Assembly: GCA_019057385.1 (NCBI GenBank)
Contig: JAHQJS010000006.1
Span: forward strand, 900,536 to 964,535
Direction of reading: 5' to 3'
Origin: Candidatus Borrarchaeum weybense
Lineage (GTDB): Archaea > Asgardarchaeota > Sifarchaeia > Borrarchaeales > Borrarchaeaceae
Length of the DNA stretch: 64,000 nucleotides
A program made the position numbers and the translations under genes. Position 1 is the first letter of the stretch; each line of letters begins with the position of its first letter. A model generated the notes under the pieces. The model made no database searches. It had not been told where the DNA came from and saw nothing but the letters and a program-made list of their open reading frames with translations. Shown here piece after piece: positions 10,690 through 19,731 of the stretch.

Positions 10690-11283
10690 ATGGTATTCTT
10701 GTTCCCTGGAAGCATTTTATCTGAAGATTTTTTCGAGAGAGATCCAGAGATCGTAGCAAAGGAACTATTAGGTAAAAAATTGATTAGAAAATTGGATAAG
10801 ACTTTCCTAGAAGGGATAATAGTAGAAACTGAGGTCTATTACGGCTTAGATGATCCTGCTTCTCGAGCTTATCATGGCAAGAAAGATTATAATATAATGA
10901 TGTGGAAAGAGCCGGGAATAGTCTTTATCTATAATGTCCACAAGTATTGGATGTTCAATATAGTTGCTCACAAACCTAGTCAAATTGGGGCTGTTTTAAT
11001 AAGGGCTCTTGAGCCGACTAAAGGAATAGAATTTATGTTAGTGCATAGGCCCGTTAAAAAAGAGATTGATTTAACGAATGGTCCTGGAAAACTTACTATT
11101 GCTCTGAAAATCGATAAGAGTTTAAATGGGATCCCAGTTACTTCTGAAAGCCAAATTATGATTATAGACAATAAAATGGAATTTAAAATTGGTAGTTCGT
11201 ACAGAATAGGTGTAAAGAAGGATTTACAGAGAAAACTAAGATTCTACATCAAAGGGAATAAATTTGTTTCTAGGAAGGAGTAG
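10690..11283 (+). CDS. mpg: 3-methyladenine DNA glycosylase (AAG/Mpg family)
   Basis: IVETEVY...DPASRAY, AVLIRALEP, NGPGKL, RIGV. Confidence 0.9.
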   Translation: MVFLFPGSILSEDFFERDPEIVAKELLGKKLIRKLDKTFLEGIIVETEVYYGLDDPASRAYHGKKDYNIMMWKEPGIVFIYNVHKYWMFNIVAHKPSQIGAVLIRALEPTKGIEFMLVHRPVKKEIDLTNGPGKLTIALKIDKSLNGIPVTSESQIMIIDNKMEFKIGSSYRIGVKKDLQRKLRFYIKGNKFVSRKE

Positions 11284-11385
11284 CTAATATTATGGACTTC
11301 ACGATTGGGAAATTAATTAGAAACGCAGTTATATTTAGATAACTAATATTGCAAAAAAAACGACAAAATTCTATTTTCTAAATAA

Positions 11386-11700
11386 TTGAAGGTTGAAAGG
11401 AAAATGAAAGACGCATTTGACACTATTTCAGAGAATTTGATCGGCAAAGAAATCACTTTAGTTGGCCAAGCTGTTGATTGTAAAGCAGCAGCATGTCTAA
11501 AATTAAAAAATGATATCGTTGTATATATCCCGAATTTAGATTTTTGGAATTCCGAATTTTTTGGAAAAACCGTTTATGTAACTGGAATACTCCAATGGGA
11601 AAAAATTATCCCTGACCCCATCATTGACGAAAACGGAGCAATAAGTACAGGTGCAGAAGGTGACCAGCTCATTTTAGAAAACGCAAAATGGGAATTATGA
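11386..11700 (+). CDS. Hypothetical protein (ATG at 11404 is a likely start)
   Basis: ORF in a co-oriented gene run; no recognisable motif. Confidence 0.55.
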   Translation: MKVERKMKDAFDTISENLIGKEITLVGQAVDCKAAACLKLKNDIVVYIPNLDFWNSEFFGKTVYVTGILQWEKIIPDPIIDENGAISTGAEGDQLILENAKWEL

Positions 11701-11766
11701 AAACAACAGTAAATAGAAACTTGTTTTTCACAAAAGTGAGATGGGGATACAAAAATAAGTCCTGAG

Positions 11767-12051
11767 ATGCTAACGAGGCGTGAAAAAATCAAAAGGATTT
11801 TACAAGAGGATAGATTTACAGATATTGACGAATTAGTTATGGAATTTGATATTTATGATAAAAAGTTGCTTATTACCGATCTTCAACATATAGAACGCTC
11901 GTTAAAACGGCTTCCTCAAAAATTGATTATGAAACCTGCTCAATGTCAAGAATGTGGGTTTACTTTTGAAAACAAGAGAATAAAATATCCTTCAAAATGT
12001 CCAAAATGTAAGGGACAAAGAATCCTCTCTCCTCAGTTCAAAATATTGTAA
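11767..12051 (+). CDS. Archaeal HTH + Zn-ribbon transcriptional regulator
   Basis: TRREKI, DLQHIERSL, PAQCQECGF...PSKCPKCK. Confidence 0.85.
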   Translation: MLTRREKIKRILQEDRFTDIDELVMEFDIYDKKLLITDLQHIERSLKRLPQKLIMKPAQCQECGFTFENKRIKYPSKCPKCKGQRILSPQFKIL

Positions 12052-12098
12052 TGGTGTAACCTTAACTCTCTCAAAAATAAAAAGAAGGAAGGCATGAG

Positions 12099-12761
12099 TT
12101 AAAGTAGGATGCCGGCTAACGGAGCTAAGATTATTAGAATCCATGAAATTATTATGGCTACTAAAGACGGATAAAGTAGTTTCTTTTTCAATTGCTCGTT
12201 ATCAGCAAAGCCAAAATAGTCGTCGAAATACTTGGCTTCGAAGATTCTTCTCAGCGCGGCAATGCAACCAATAGCAGGAATAATCCAGATCGCGTCTATG
12301 ATAGTAAATGCCACGATTACGCCGAATCCAGGGCCGAATAGATAGGTATCCGCCAAAACAAATGCTCCTGTTTCCCAAAGTACACCGATTATCATTGCAA
12401 AGATTTCCCATTTTCCACTATTACCGTTTTTATGCCGTAATTTGCCAACAATAAATGCTTCTGCACCTCTTACGGCAACTATTCCTGGAATAAAGACGGC
12501 TGGAAATCCTAGCAAAGCCGTTAAGTAGAGTAAGCCAACAAATTGACCGATACAGATCACAGGAGTTGCAAAACTAGGACCATATAAAATGGCAATTGCG
12601 AAGATTAGAACAGATGATGCGTCAATACTGCCAAGGGGGATTGGCATTGGTATCGTGAGTATTTTGAGGAACGCTACCAGCGATGACAGGATCGCGATTT
12701 GTGCGATAAGAAATGCTGTTGACTCTAATGTTGAATTGCTATAGGATTTTGATTCACTCAT
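12099..12761 (-). CDS. ECF transporter S component
   Basis: About six TM helices, IPMPIPLGSID, LYGP...IG pattern. Start moved to ATG 12761 because the longer ORF runs into the promoter region. Confidence 0.7.
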   Translation of the reverse strand: MSESKSYSNSTLESTAFLIAQIAILSSLVAFLKILTIPMPIPLGSIDASSVLIFAIAILYGPSFATPVICIGQFVGLLYLTALLGFPAVFIPGIVAVRGAEAFIVGKLRHKNGNSGKWEIFAMIIGVLWETGAFVLADTYLFGPGFGVIVAFTIIDAIWIIPAIGCIAALRRIFEAKYFDDYFGFADNEQLKKKLLYPSLVAIIISWILIILAPLAGILL

Positions 12762-12779
12762 TATTAACAACCCGCCAAC

Positions 12780-12834
12780 TAATGTGGCATACCACATTAT
12801 ATGATATAACTCATTTATATAACTCACTTATATA
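12780..12834. promoter_or_regulatory. Divergent promoter region with a palindrome and a 13-bp tandem repeat
   Basis: TAATGTGG-cata-CCACATTA (12780-12799); ATATAACTCATTT/ATATAACTCACTT (12804-12829). Confidence 0.5.
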
Positions 12835-12893
12835 TTGGTAATAAAAACGGGGAACAACTCATATGTACAATAACTACCCAAGAAGGTTAATGT

Positions 12894-13862
12894 ATGAAAT
12901 TACATAAGGGAAAACTCACTTTAAAAGAGCTCCAACGCCTTGTTTTGTCATACATTTCCTCTGTTGAGACTCCACGCCTAGATTTTTCTGTTGCACAAAC
13001 AGCGAGCGGCTTTCTAATTTCAGCATCAGATCCTGTCATTGGGGTGCCATTGAATCATTACGGCTTTTTTTCTGTCCATTATTCTGCTGGAGATGTATCA
13101 CTCTCTGGTATTAGACCCCAATATTTAATTTTAGGGATTTATTATCCTCCTGGTTTTGATTCAGCTTGGTTAGAAAATAATATGGATATTCTTGGAAAAG
13201 AAGCAAAAAAATATGACATAAAGATCCTAGGTGGGCATACTGGCGCGTATGATGGCCTACAGACTCCTATTTTTTCTACTACTGCGTTTACATTTACAAG
13301 TGAAGAACGAAATATACTTAATCCACAAAATCTGAAGCCAGGAGATTCATTGATAATTGTAGGTCCAGTTACTCGTGAAATTGCATGGGCAGTGGCAAAT
13401 TTCAAACCAGTGATATTCTCAGAACACTGTGAAACAAAACCAGAAGATATCGCGTCAGATTTATCATATTTAACAGTCTTAGACTGTGCTATAAAAGCTG
13501 CAGAAAATGGAGCTATTGCAATGCATGATCTGGCTGAAGGAGGCTTGATTACAGCTCTCAATGAATTCGCAAATGCGTCAAGTTTGGGAATAGAACTTGA
13601 TTCGGATTTGATACCCTGGGATAATTTAGGGTACACTTTGGTTACAGCGTTAGACGGAGACATTTTTTCAGCATCTTCATTTGGTAGCATACTAATCGGC
13701 GCTAGTAATGAGAATACTGAGGATATTATAAATGCGCTTACGCCTCTAAGACCATGTACAATCGCAGGAAAATTCACTTCAAAGAAAAATATAATTCTGA
13801 AAAAGAACGGAAAGGATCTAGTGATTAAAAAGAAAGAAGATATTTATTCTAGGCTATTTTAA
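12894..13862 (+). CDS. AIR synthase-related (PurM/HypE/ThiL fold) protein
   Basis: GKL, ASDP, GGHT, MHDLAEGGL motifs. Confidence 0.8.
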   Translation: MKLHKGKLTLKELQRLVLSYISSVETPRLDFSVAQTASGFLISASDPVIGVPLNHYGFFSVHYSAGDVSLSGIRPQYLILGIYYPPGFDSAWLENNMDILGKEAKKYDIKILGGHTGAYDGLQTPIFSTTAFTFTSEERNILNPQNLKPGDSLIIVGPVTREIAWAVANFKPVIFSEHCETKPEDIASDLSYLTVLDCAIKAAENGAIAMHDLAEGGLITALNEFANASSLGIELDSDLIPWDNLGYTLVTALDGDIFSASSFGSILIGASNENTEDIINALTPLRPCTIAGKFTSKKNIILKKNGKDLVIKKKEDIYSRLF

Positions 13863-13893
13863 AATATCTTTCAAATTCTATGGGTTGACTTGA

Positions 13894-14454
13894 ATGCCAA
13901 AAAGCGAAAAAAATCAAGATTCAAAGAAAATTATTAGTTCATTACAAGATGCAATTAAAATGCTTGAAGAGTGTAAGGAATTTAGTAAACTAATTCCAGA
14001 AGTTGGCTCAAATATGGTTTACGCTCTTGAGAATGCAAAAACAAGAGAGGATGTAGCTGGGTTAACTGGGCGTATTATAAAAGTAAAGAATCAAGCGACT
14101 GCGGTAGGGGAAGTTGAATTTGGATGGTCAAAATATATGGGATCAGTAATCCTTACTGCTTTGACAATTGATAAAGAGAAGAGGGCTGCAATATCCTTAA
14201 GAAATGATCTGAAGATAGTCTCGGCTTGCAAATCTCTAGGATTAGAACTGATAGAATTTGGGGAAAAAGCACCAGAAAGTTATGTTAAGGAGAAATGTGT
14301 TACTCCATTCGCATTGTTGACCTTAAAAGAAGTCCCTGATGGTATCTATGATCATGGTGATATAGGAATTGAACCCCTAATCATATTATTTGGAGTTGAG
14401 CCGTTAAACCTTGCTCAAACGGTGTGCAAAGTAGCTAAAGCGTTAGAGGATTGA
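13894..14454 (+). CDS. thiN: ThiN-domain protein (thiamine-phosphate synthase family)
   Basis: LIPEVGSN, DVAGLTGRI, PDGIYDHGDIGIEP. Confidence 0.8.
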   Translation: MPKSEKNQDSKKIISSLQDAIKMLEECKEFSKLIPEVGSNMVYALENAKTREDVAGLTGRIIKVKNQATAVGEVEFGWSKYMGSVILTALTIDKEKRAAISLRNDLKIVSACKSLGLELIEFGEKAPESYVKEKCVTPFALLTLKEVPDGIYDHGDIGIEPLIILFGVEPLNLAQTVCKVAKALED

Positions 14455-14460
14455 AGAAAC

Positions 14461-15180
14461 TTGAAACACAAAACTGTTGTGCGTTCGGGATTTAATTCGA
14501 TTTCTGGCTTCTATGATTTCTGGTATGACACTCCTCTTGGTGCTTACGCAGATCGAGTAGAAAAACGCGTATTTCAAAGTTTCTTAAGAGATTTGCCCTC
14601 AAATACTTTGGTGCTTGATCTAGGAACGGGAACTGGTGTCCTTCTACAATTCTTATTGCAGAAAAACTTTGAAGTAATTGGAATTGACTTTTCAAAAGAT
14701 ATGATTAGAAAAGCTAATGAAAAAATTGGTAAAAATCAAGGATCACTCGTTCTTGGTGATATTGAAAACTTACCCTTTCAGAATGAAGCTTTTGATATAG
14801 TTTCAGCTATGACAACCTTAGAATTTGTTAATAACGTAGAGAAACTCCTGCAAGAAATTAGGCGAGTTCTTAAATCAGGAGGACAATTCATCTTAGGCGT
14901 CCTTACATCGCTGAGCTCTTGGTCCTTTGATAGGAAAATACGAGGTATAATTTCAAAAGATATTTTTTCGTATGCTAAGTTCTATACTTCTTTTGAACTC
15001 ATAAAATTGCTTAAAGGTGCAAAATTTAGTGAAATAGATATAAAAGGTGCTGTATTTGCCCCTCCGTTTACCCCTAAACGTTTTTTTCCATTTGTAGAGA
15101 GAATTGAGCAAAAAATCATGGAATCTTCGATTTTACGCATGATTGGTGCGTTTCTTGCAGTCAGGGCAAAAAAAATCTAA
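14461..15180 (+). CDS. Class I SAM-dependent methyltransferase
   Basis: VLDLGTGTG, GIDFS, LPF...FD, RVLKSGG. Confidence 0.9.
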   Translation: MKHKTVVRSGFNSISGFYDFWYDTPLGAYADRVEKRVFQSFLRDLPSNTLVLDLGTGTGVLLQFLLQKNFEVIGIDFSKDMIRKANEKIGKNQGSLVLGDIENLPFQNEAFDIVSAMTTLEFVNNVEKLLQEIRRVLKSGGQFILGVLTSLSSWSFDRKIRGIISKDIFSYAKFYTSFELIKLLKGAKFSEIDIKGAVFAPPFTPKRFFPFVERIEQKIMESSILRMIGAFLAVRAKKI

Positions 15181-15269
15181 TAAAAAATCAGCATCTCCGA
15201 ATTTCCATCTCATATCTATACCTAAGGCTTCAAAGCTTGATAAAAAAAAGAAATGAAGATTTAAGTTTT

Positions 15270-15899
15270 TTACTTCTTGTGATATCGTACCAAGCTAATG
15301 ACAACGAGTGTTGCAACAGAAGCGAAGGCAATCAAGAGCGTACCGAGACATAATCCTCCAGCTGAAGTTAGATTTGCAGTTGTAGAAACTAGTTGAACTT
15401 CTAAACTATCTCCCCGGTCACTGGAACCTTGTGCTTCAAAAAGGATACCAGTACCAGAATCAATCCAAACTTCCATTGTCCATGTTGTACCATCTTCTGT
15501 CTCTTCATAATTTATATTGGCAGCTTCATAGTTGTTTCCATCAAAATTATAATTCTCTGTTGGTGCACCTTCCAATTGCGACTGAGAATATAAAAAGGGT
15601 CTCCAGTCATCGTCAGTTTCTGTACTAGTAAACGTGCTACCGAATAAAGACATTGCCGTTTTGGCCCTGACAGTGCCATCATTAATCTCAAGGATTTCCA
15701 TCTGAGTGGTGAATTCTAAGGACCACGTGCTCTCATCTTCCATGACGGTTGTTGCGTCGGTGTCCCATTCCATTGTATCGCCAACTGCTAAATTTCCCCA
15801 TTCTCCAGCAGCAACCGTTGTCGTTGCTGTGCTTGTTAAAAGACAGATCACGAAAACGCTGAGAATGCTTAAAAGAATTTTTTCTCTTGTTCTCCCCAT
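15270..15899 (-). CDS. Secreted/surface protein with C-terminal TM anchor (paralog 1)
   Basis: Signal peptide; acidic Thr-rich body; GLCLGT + TM + RYHKK. Confidence 0.75.
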   Translation of the reverse strand: MGRTREKILLSILSVFVICLLTSTATTTVAAGEWGNLAVGDTMEWDTDATTVMEDESTWSLEFTTQMEILEINDGTVRAKTAMSLFGSTFTSTETDDDWRPFLYSQSQLEGAPTENYNFDGNNYEAANINYEETEDGTTWTMEVWIDSGTGILFEAQGSSDRGDSLEVQLVSTTANLTSAGGLCLGTLLIAFASVATLVVISLVRYHKK

Positions 15900-16104
15900 G
15901 AATTTCCCTCATGTGATTTACTTTATTAAAATGAAAATCGTAAAACTGTTTTATACATTTTTTGTGAAAAATAGTCATCCAATAGCAATCTATGTAGTCA
16001 ACTAAAATAAAAAAATGCAATAAGATTTCAACCTTATCTTAAAGCAAGCATATCTCTACGTACCAAAGTGTACAATACTTTGCAAAATAAAAAAAAGTGA
16101 AGAT

Positions 16105-16794
16105 TTAGATTTTTTTCTTCTTTTGGTATCGTACCAAGCTAATGGCAACTAGTGTTGTGACGGAAGCCAAGCTAATAAGGATTGTACCGAAGCATATACC
16201 TGCTTTTGTTAGACTTGCAGTTGTACTTTGTAATTCAATCCATGTTTGGGCTGTTCCACCTGTAGTGAATCGCCATTCGAACAATATTCCAGTGTCTCTA
16301 TCAAACCAGAGTTCCAGACTGTCTCCACTAGAATCGACGTATTTGAAGTAGTGTGTCTTATACCGTCCTCCTTTCCAATTGAAATTAGCTTCAGAATAAG
16401 TGCTATCAGCATTTGCTTCAGCATCAGCTTTCATTTGCTGCAAGTAACTCTGAGGATATAGCATGAAGATTATGGCACTCGAATCCGAATATGTACCTTC
16501 GTCAGTGGAACTGGTAGAGTCATAAGTTACTGTAGTTTTATAACTATATGTGAGTACTGTTCCACTAATATCAAGTATCTTGACCTCGATGTACGTAACC
16601 GGACTGGTAGGATCTGTAGGCTCCCAATCCAATTTCCATGACATTTCGTCTCCAGTTTCTAAATTACCGAAATCTCCCGCAGCAACTGTTGTTGTCGCCG
16701 TACTGAGTAAAAGACAGACCATAACTACACTGATGATGCTAATAAGAAACTTGCTGTTTCTTCTCATTATTTTCTCCCTACAATTTATTTTCAA
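16105..16794 (-). CDS. Secreted/surface protein with C-terminal TM anchor (paralog 2)
   Basis: Shares TATTTVAAG..GNL..GD.M.W, D..TGILFE and GICFGT + TM + RYQKKK with paralog 1. Confidence 0.75.
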   Translation of the reverse strand: MKINCREKIMRRNSKFLISIISVVMVCLLLSTATTTVAAGDFGNLETGDEMSWKLDWEPTDPTSPVTYIEVKILDISGTVLTYSYKTTVTYDSTSSTDEGTYSDSSAIIFMLYPQSYLQQMKADAEANADSTYSEANFNWKGGRYKTHYFKYVDSSGDSLELWFDRDTGILFEWRFTTGGTAQTWIELQSTTASLTKAGICFGTILISLASVTTLVAISLVRYQKKKKI

Positions 16795-16924
16795 AAAACT
16801 ATTGAATACTGTTGATTTAAAAAAAGGCAGACTTATCCTATAAAAATCTAATAGTCAATTCCTGCGTCCTGTCATATGCAAAAAACAAAATTATTTATCG
16901 CATTTATATTACAACAGTATCTAG

Positions 16925-17599
16925 TTAAAGAATTTCAGTTCCTATCGGCTTTTGACCTTTTAAAACTGCAGATATGCGAGAAGGATGTCTTCCATTTAAT
17001 ATCCAGCAACGGATGTTACCCTGTGCCAATATCTTAGGAAAATGTTTATCAACACATCTCTGAGTTTCAAACGCATTAAAATCATGCCGATCAAGTTCTG
17101 CAATCAATTCACTTGGCTCTTGCTTTGGATCGTGTTTAAAGATTCCCTCTACATCCTTAAGAAGAATTAAAGATTCAGCTTTTATCAAGGAGGCGATATA
17201 TGCGGCAATCGAATCTGAAGTGACATCCCAAGAATGGTTCAATTGATCTTGTTCATATAATAACCAAAATGGTAAAAGAATTGGGAATTTATTTTTCTTC
17301 GCTAATTCTTTCGCTTTATCAATAGAATGGGTTGTAATTGCGTTTTCAGACAAATTTGAGAGAAAAAAACCATATTGATCCATTGCTAGAATTGCCATCC
17401 AATGAGCTATAGTTTCTGATAGATTATATTGACTGTAAATATCCCTCACAATGTCTGCAAATGGGCCTCCTCCGGGCACAATAAGCAATTGATACGATGT
17501 TGAGAGTTTGTCCAAGAACTTAATTAAATTTCGAAGTTCTTCCGAGTAAGAAATGAGTCCGCCTCCTAGTTTTATACAATGAATTGCGTCCGCCTCCAC
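16925..17599 (-). CDS. mfnE: Amino-acid-kinase family protein, probable 5-(aminomethyl)-3-furanmethanol phosphate kinase
   Basis: IKLGG, VPGGGPFAD, AHWMAILAMDQYG, HSWDVTSDSIA, KDVEG. Confidence 0.8.
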   Translation of the reverse strand: MEADAIHCIKLGGGLISYSEELRNLIKFLDKLSTSYQLLIVPGGGPFADIVRDIYSQYNLSETIAHWMAILAMDQYGFFLSNLSENAITTHSIDKAKELAKKNKFPILLPFWLLYEQDQLNHSWDVTSDSIAAYIASLIKAESLILLKDVEGIFKHDPKQEPSELIAELDRHDFNAFETQRCVDKHFPKILAQGNIRCWILNGRHPSRISAVLKGQKPIGTEIL

Positions 17600-17736
17600 A
17601 AAAGAGCTTTATGCTGAAGAATTAAACTCATAATTTCAGTTATACCTTTAATATTTTTAATTCACGCATTTGGAGACTTTAAGGATAATTATACGTACTT
17701 TCATGCTCAAAAAAAAAAAAGGATTCTAATTTAATA

Positions 17737-18318
17737 TTACTGTTTAGACCTTTCAAAAGCCATATCTACTACCGGCGAAAGTCTGTTAAGAAGTGAAGGC
17801 ATGTATACGCCGGCTAATCCTCCTAGAATCGCATGGATTGCGAGGAACCCATAGAGGAAAAGTGGCAATGACCACGCCCAACCAAGGAACATTATAAAGG
17901 CCCAATACAGGAGAATGTCTCCTGGGATGTTGTAGATGAGACCAGCGATCCCATCGGCTACTCGTGAATCTTGGATTTCCTTGTGTGTGACATGGAAGAA
18001 AAGGTCAATAACTATCCCACCTAGAACCCATGATGGAATGATTATCCATATCACTGGCGGTCCGCCTGGAAGGATAGTTGATATAACCCCGCTAACGAAT
18101 TGAGTGAAGGTCGCAGCGCCGGTCTTTCCAACGATTGCTCTTATTGTTAGAACGATGATGGTACCTACAGGGATTGCAATCACCCCATATAAGCCCGGAA
18201 GGGGTGCAGGAATGAAAGCAGTCGTTAATCCGACCAGTGAAGACAGGGACGCGAAGATAGCCATCAGCGCTAGATCCTTAGAACTAAAATAAGGTTCTTT
18301 CATGTTAGGATTCACCAC
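17737..18318 (-). CDS. Membrane protein, probable ECF S component
   Basis: FSSKDLALMAIFASL start, GKTGAA, about six TM helices. Confidence 0.65.
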   Translation of the reverse strand: MVNPNMKEPYFSSKDLALMAIFASLSSLVGLTTAFIPAPLPGLYGVIAIPVGTIIVLTIRAIVGKTGAATFTQFVSGVISTILPGGPPVIWIIIPSWVLGGIVIDLFFHVTHKEIQDSRVADGIAGLIYNIPGDILLYWAFIMFLGWAWSLPLFLYGFLAIHAILGGLAGVYMPSLLNRLSPVVDMAFERSKQ

Positions 18319-18336
18319 CTAGAGTATATTCAGGTA

Positions 18337-19065
18337 TTAGGACGAATCTATCGACATTCCTCTTCCATCTAAGACGTAATAATTTTCTTTGGCACAGTTT
18401 ATACAGACAGGATTGCCTTCTATCACCCTTGCCCTAGTCTCCATGACGTTCTCTCCACAGATTGAACATCTTACTGAAGCAAATATGGGGGCATACTCAG
18501 GCAGGTTGATTTTCATGCGTTTTATCCTGAACATTTCATCTGCTGATTTACTTAATTCGTTGATGGACATTTCATGGAATAGTCTCATCATTCGTTCATG
18601 CTCTTCTGGTGTCGCCTCTTCCCTCCTGGTAACGATCTTATCCCATAGTCCATATGCCTCAGGATATTCCTCCCCAATAGAATCTTCAAAATCGGGGTCT
18701 AAGGCAATTCGTATTGCCGTTCCGTCTCTTTTCGCCACCGTTACTGCACTCTTACCAAAATCACGGTATATAAGGGCATTGTTTCCAAAGGAGCACCCAG
18801 TCACCATCTGAACACCGTCGCTGAAACAATTGTTTGTCTCAACGATTGCTATGACTTCCTCCATGCCAGTGCTTTTTATTCCCAATTCTCTCACCGCAAT
18901 ATAGCCTGCTATCACGCCGTAGGTCATGTAGTTACAAAAATGCCCATGCAACTCACCAGCCTTCTCATGCAGCCTTCTAAGATTTCCAGTTGCAATTAAC
19001 TTCTCAATCTCTTTTCTAACCGGATTTCCAATCTCCATTTCTTTTTTTTCTGCCACTCTTATCAA
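18337..19065 (-). CDS. fmdE: FmdE/FwdE family protein with C-terminal Zn finger
   Basis: HGHFC, ETNNCFSDGVQMVTGCSFGN, CSICGE...CINC. Confidence 0.88.
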   Translation of the reverse strand: MIRVAEKKEMEIGNPVRKEIEKLIATGNLRRLHEKAGELHGHFCNYMTYGVIAGYIAVRELGIKSTGMEEVIAIVETNNCFSDGVQMVTGCSFGNNALIYRDFGKSAVTVAKRDGTAIRIALDPDFEDSIGEEYPEAYGLWDKIVTRREEATPEEHERMMRLFHEMSINELSKSADEMFRIKRMKINLPEYAPIFASVRCSICGENVMETRARVIEGNPVCINCAKENYYVLDGRGMSIDSS

Positions 19066-19170
19066 CTCTTGCGTTTGTTTCTTTTTTTGAGCCTGTTATT
19101 TAACAAGGGCATACTGCCCACAGAAAGTAGGAAGTACAAAATGTCTTACAACAACTAAAACATGGTTGCA

Positions 19171-19272
19171 TATATAAATATTACTATTTTATGCGCGCGT
19201 AATATTGTATTAGCTTACTCACAGATACGCGGAAAAAAACATAAGATCGCGTGTTAATTAAAAGATAATCGT
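19171..19272 (-). promoter_or_regulatory. Promoter region of fmdE, homologous to 26145-26247
   Basis: TATA-like TTTATATA on the minus strand; about 100 bp align with the mvhD-fdh upstream region. Confidence 0.55.
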
Positions 19273-19285
19273 ATTACAAGTAACG

Positions 19286-19319
19286 ACACAAGAAAACCCC
19301 ATAGCGTGGGGTAGTTCAC
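19286..19319 (-). mobile_element. Collapsed IS200/IS605-type end remnant
   Basis: Minus strand GTGAACTACCCC-acgctat-GGGG-ttttcttg resembles the element ends at 4258 and 63919. Confidence 0.5.
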
Positions 19320-19480
19320 TCTTCAAAAACTATTCAAACTAATCAAAAGGTTTAACATCCTTTTATTCAACCTTTCAAGAAGCGTCATCATCACAAATAG
19401 AGAAAAATATGCCAGTTTCCATGATGGATTCCTCCCTTAAAAAAGGTAGCTTCTTTCTTAGTAGATATAAAGGGTTCTGA

Positions 19481-19530
19481 GTCAACTAATTAGGAGAAGG
19501 AGTCCCCTTCCAAAATGTGGGGTAGTAGAC
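19481..19530 (-). mobile_element. Degenerate IscB element end / omegaRNA 5' fragment
   Basis: Minus strand GTCTACTACCCC...GGGG...TAATTAGTTGAC has the same P1 and hairpin layout as the start of the omegaRNA at 4258. Confidence 0.55.
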
Positions 19531-19533
19531 TTA

Positions 19534-19680
19534 TCACTCATGCTTTTTAAGGAACACTGTCATATCATTGATGGTCAATTCGGTATCTGTAACCATTGCT
19601 GGGGGGATAAGAACTTTTACATTTATAACTGGTTCGTAATCAAAGCGTAGAGTGACTTCCTTGTTCAGCATAAATATCAA
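19534..19680 (-). pseudogene. C-terminal fragment of an fdhB paralog
   Basis: 147 nt colinear with 22300-22446; encodes LIFMLNKEVTLRFDYEP...FLKKHE*, 33/48 aa identical to the FdhB C-terminus. Confidence 0.8.
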
Positions 19681-19731
19681 CGTAAAACAATTAGTGGAAA
19701 AAAAATTGTTAAGTTGAAATCGTTCTTAAGA

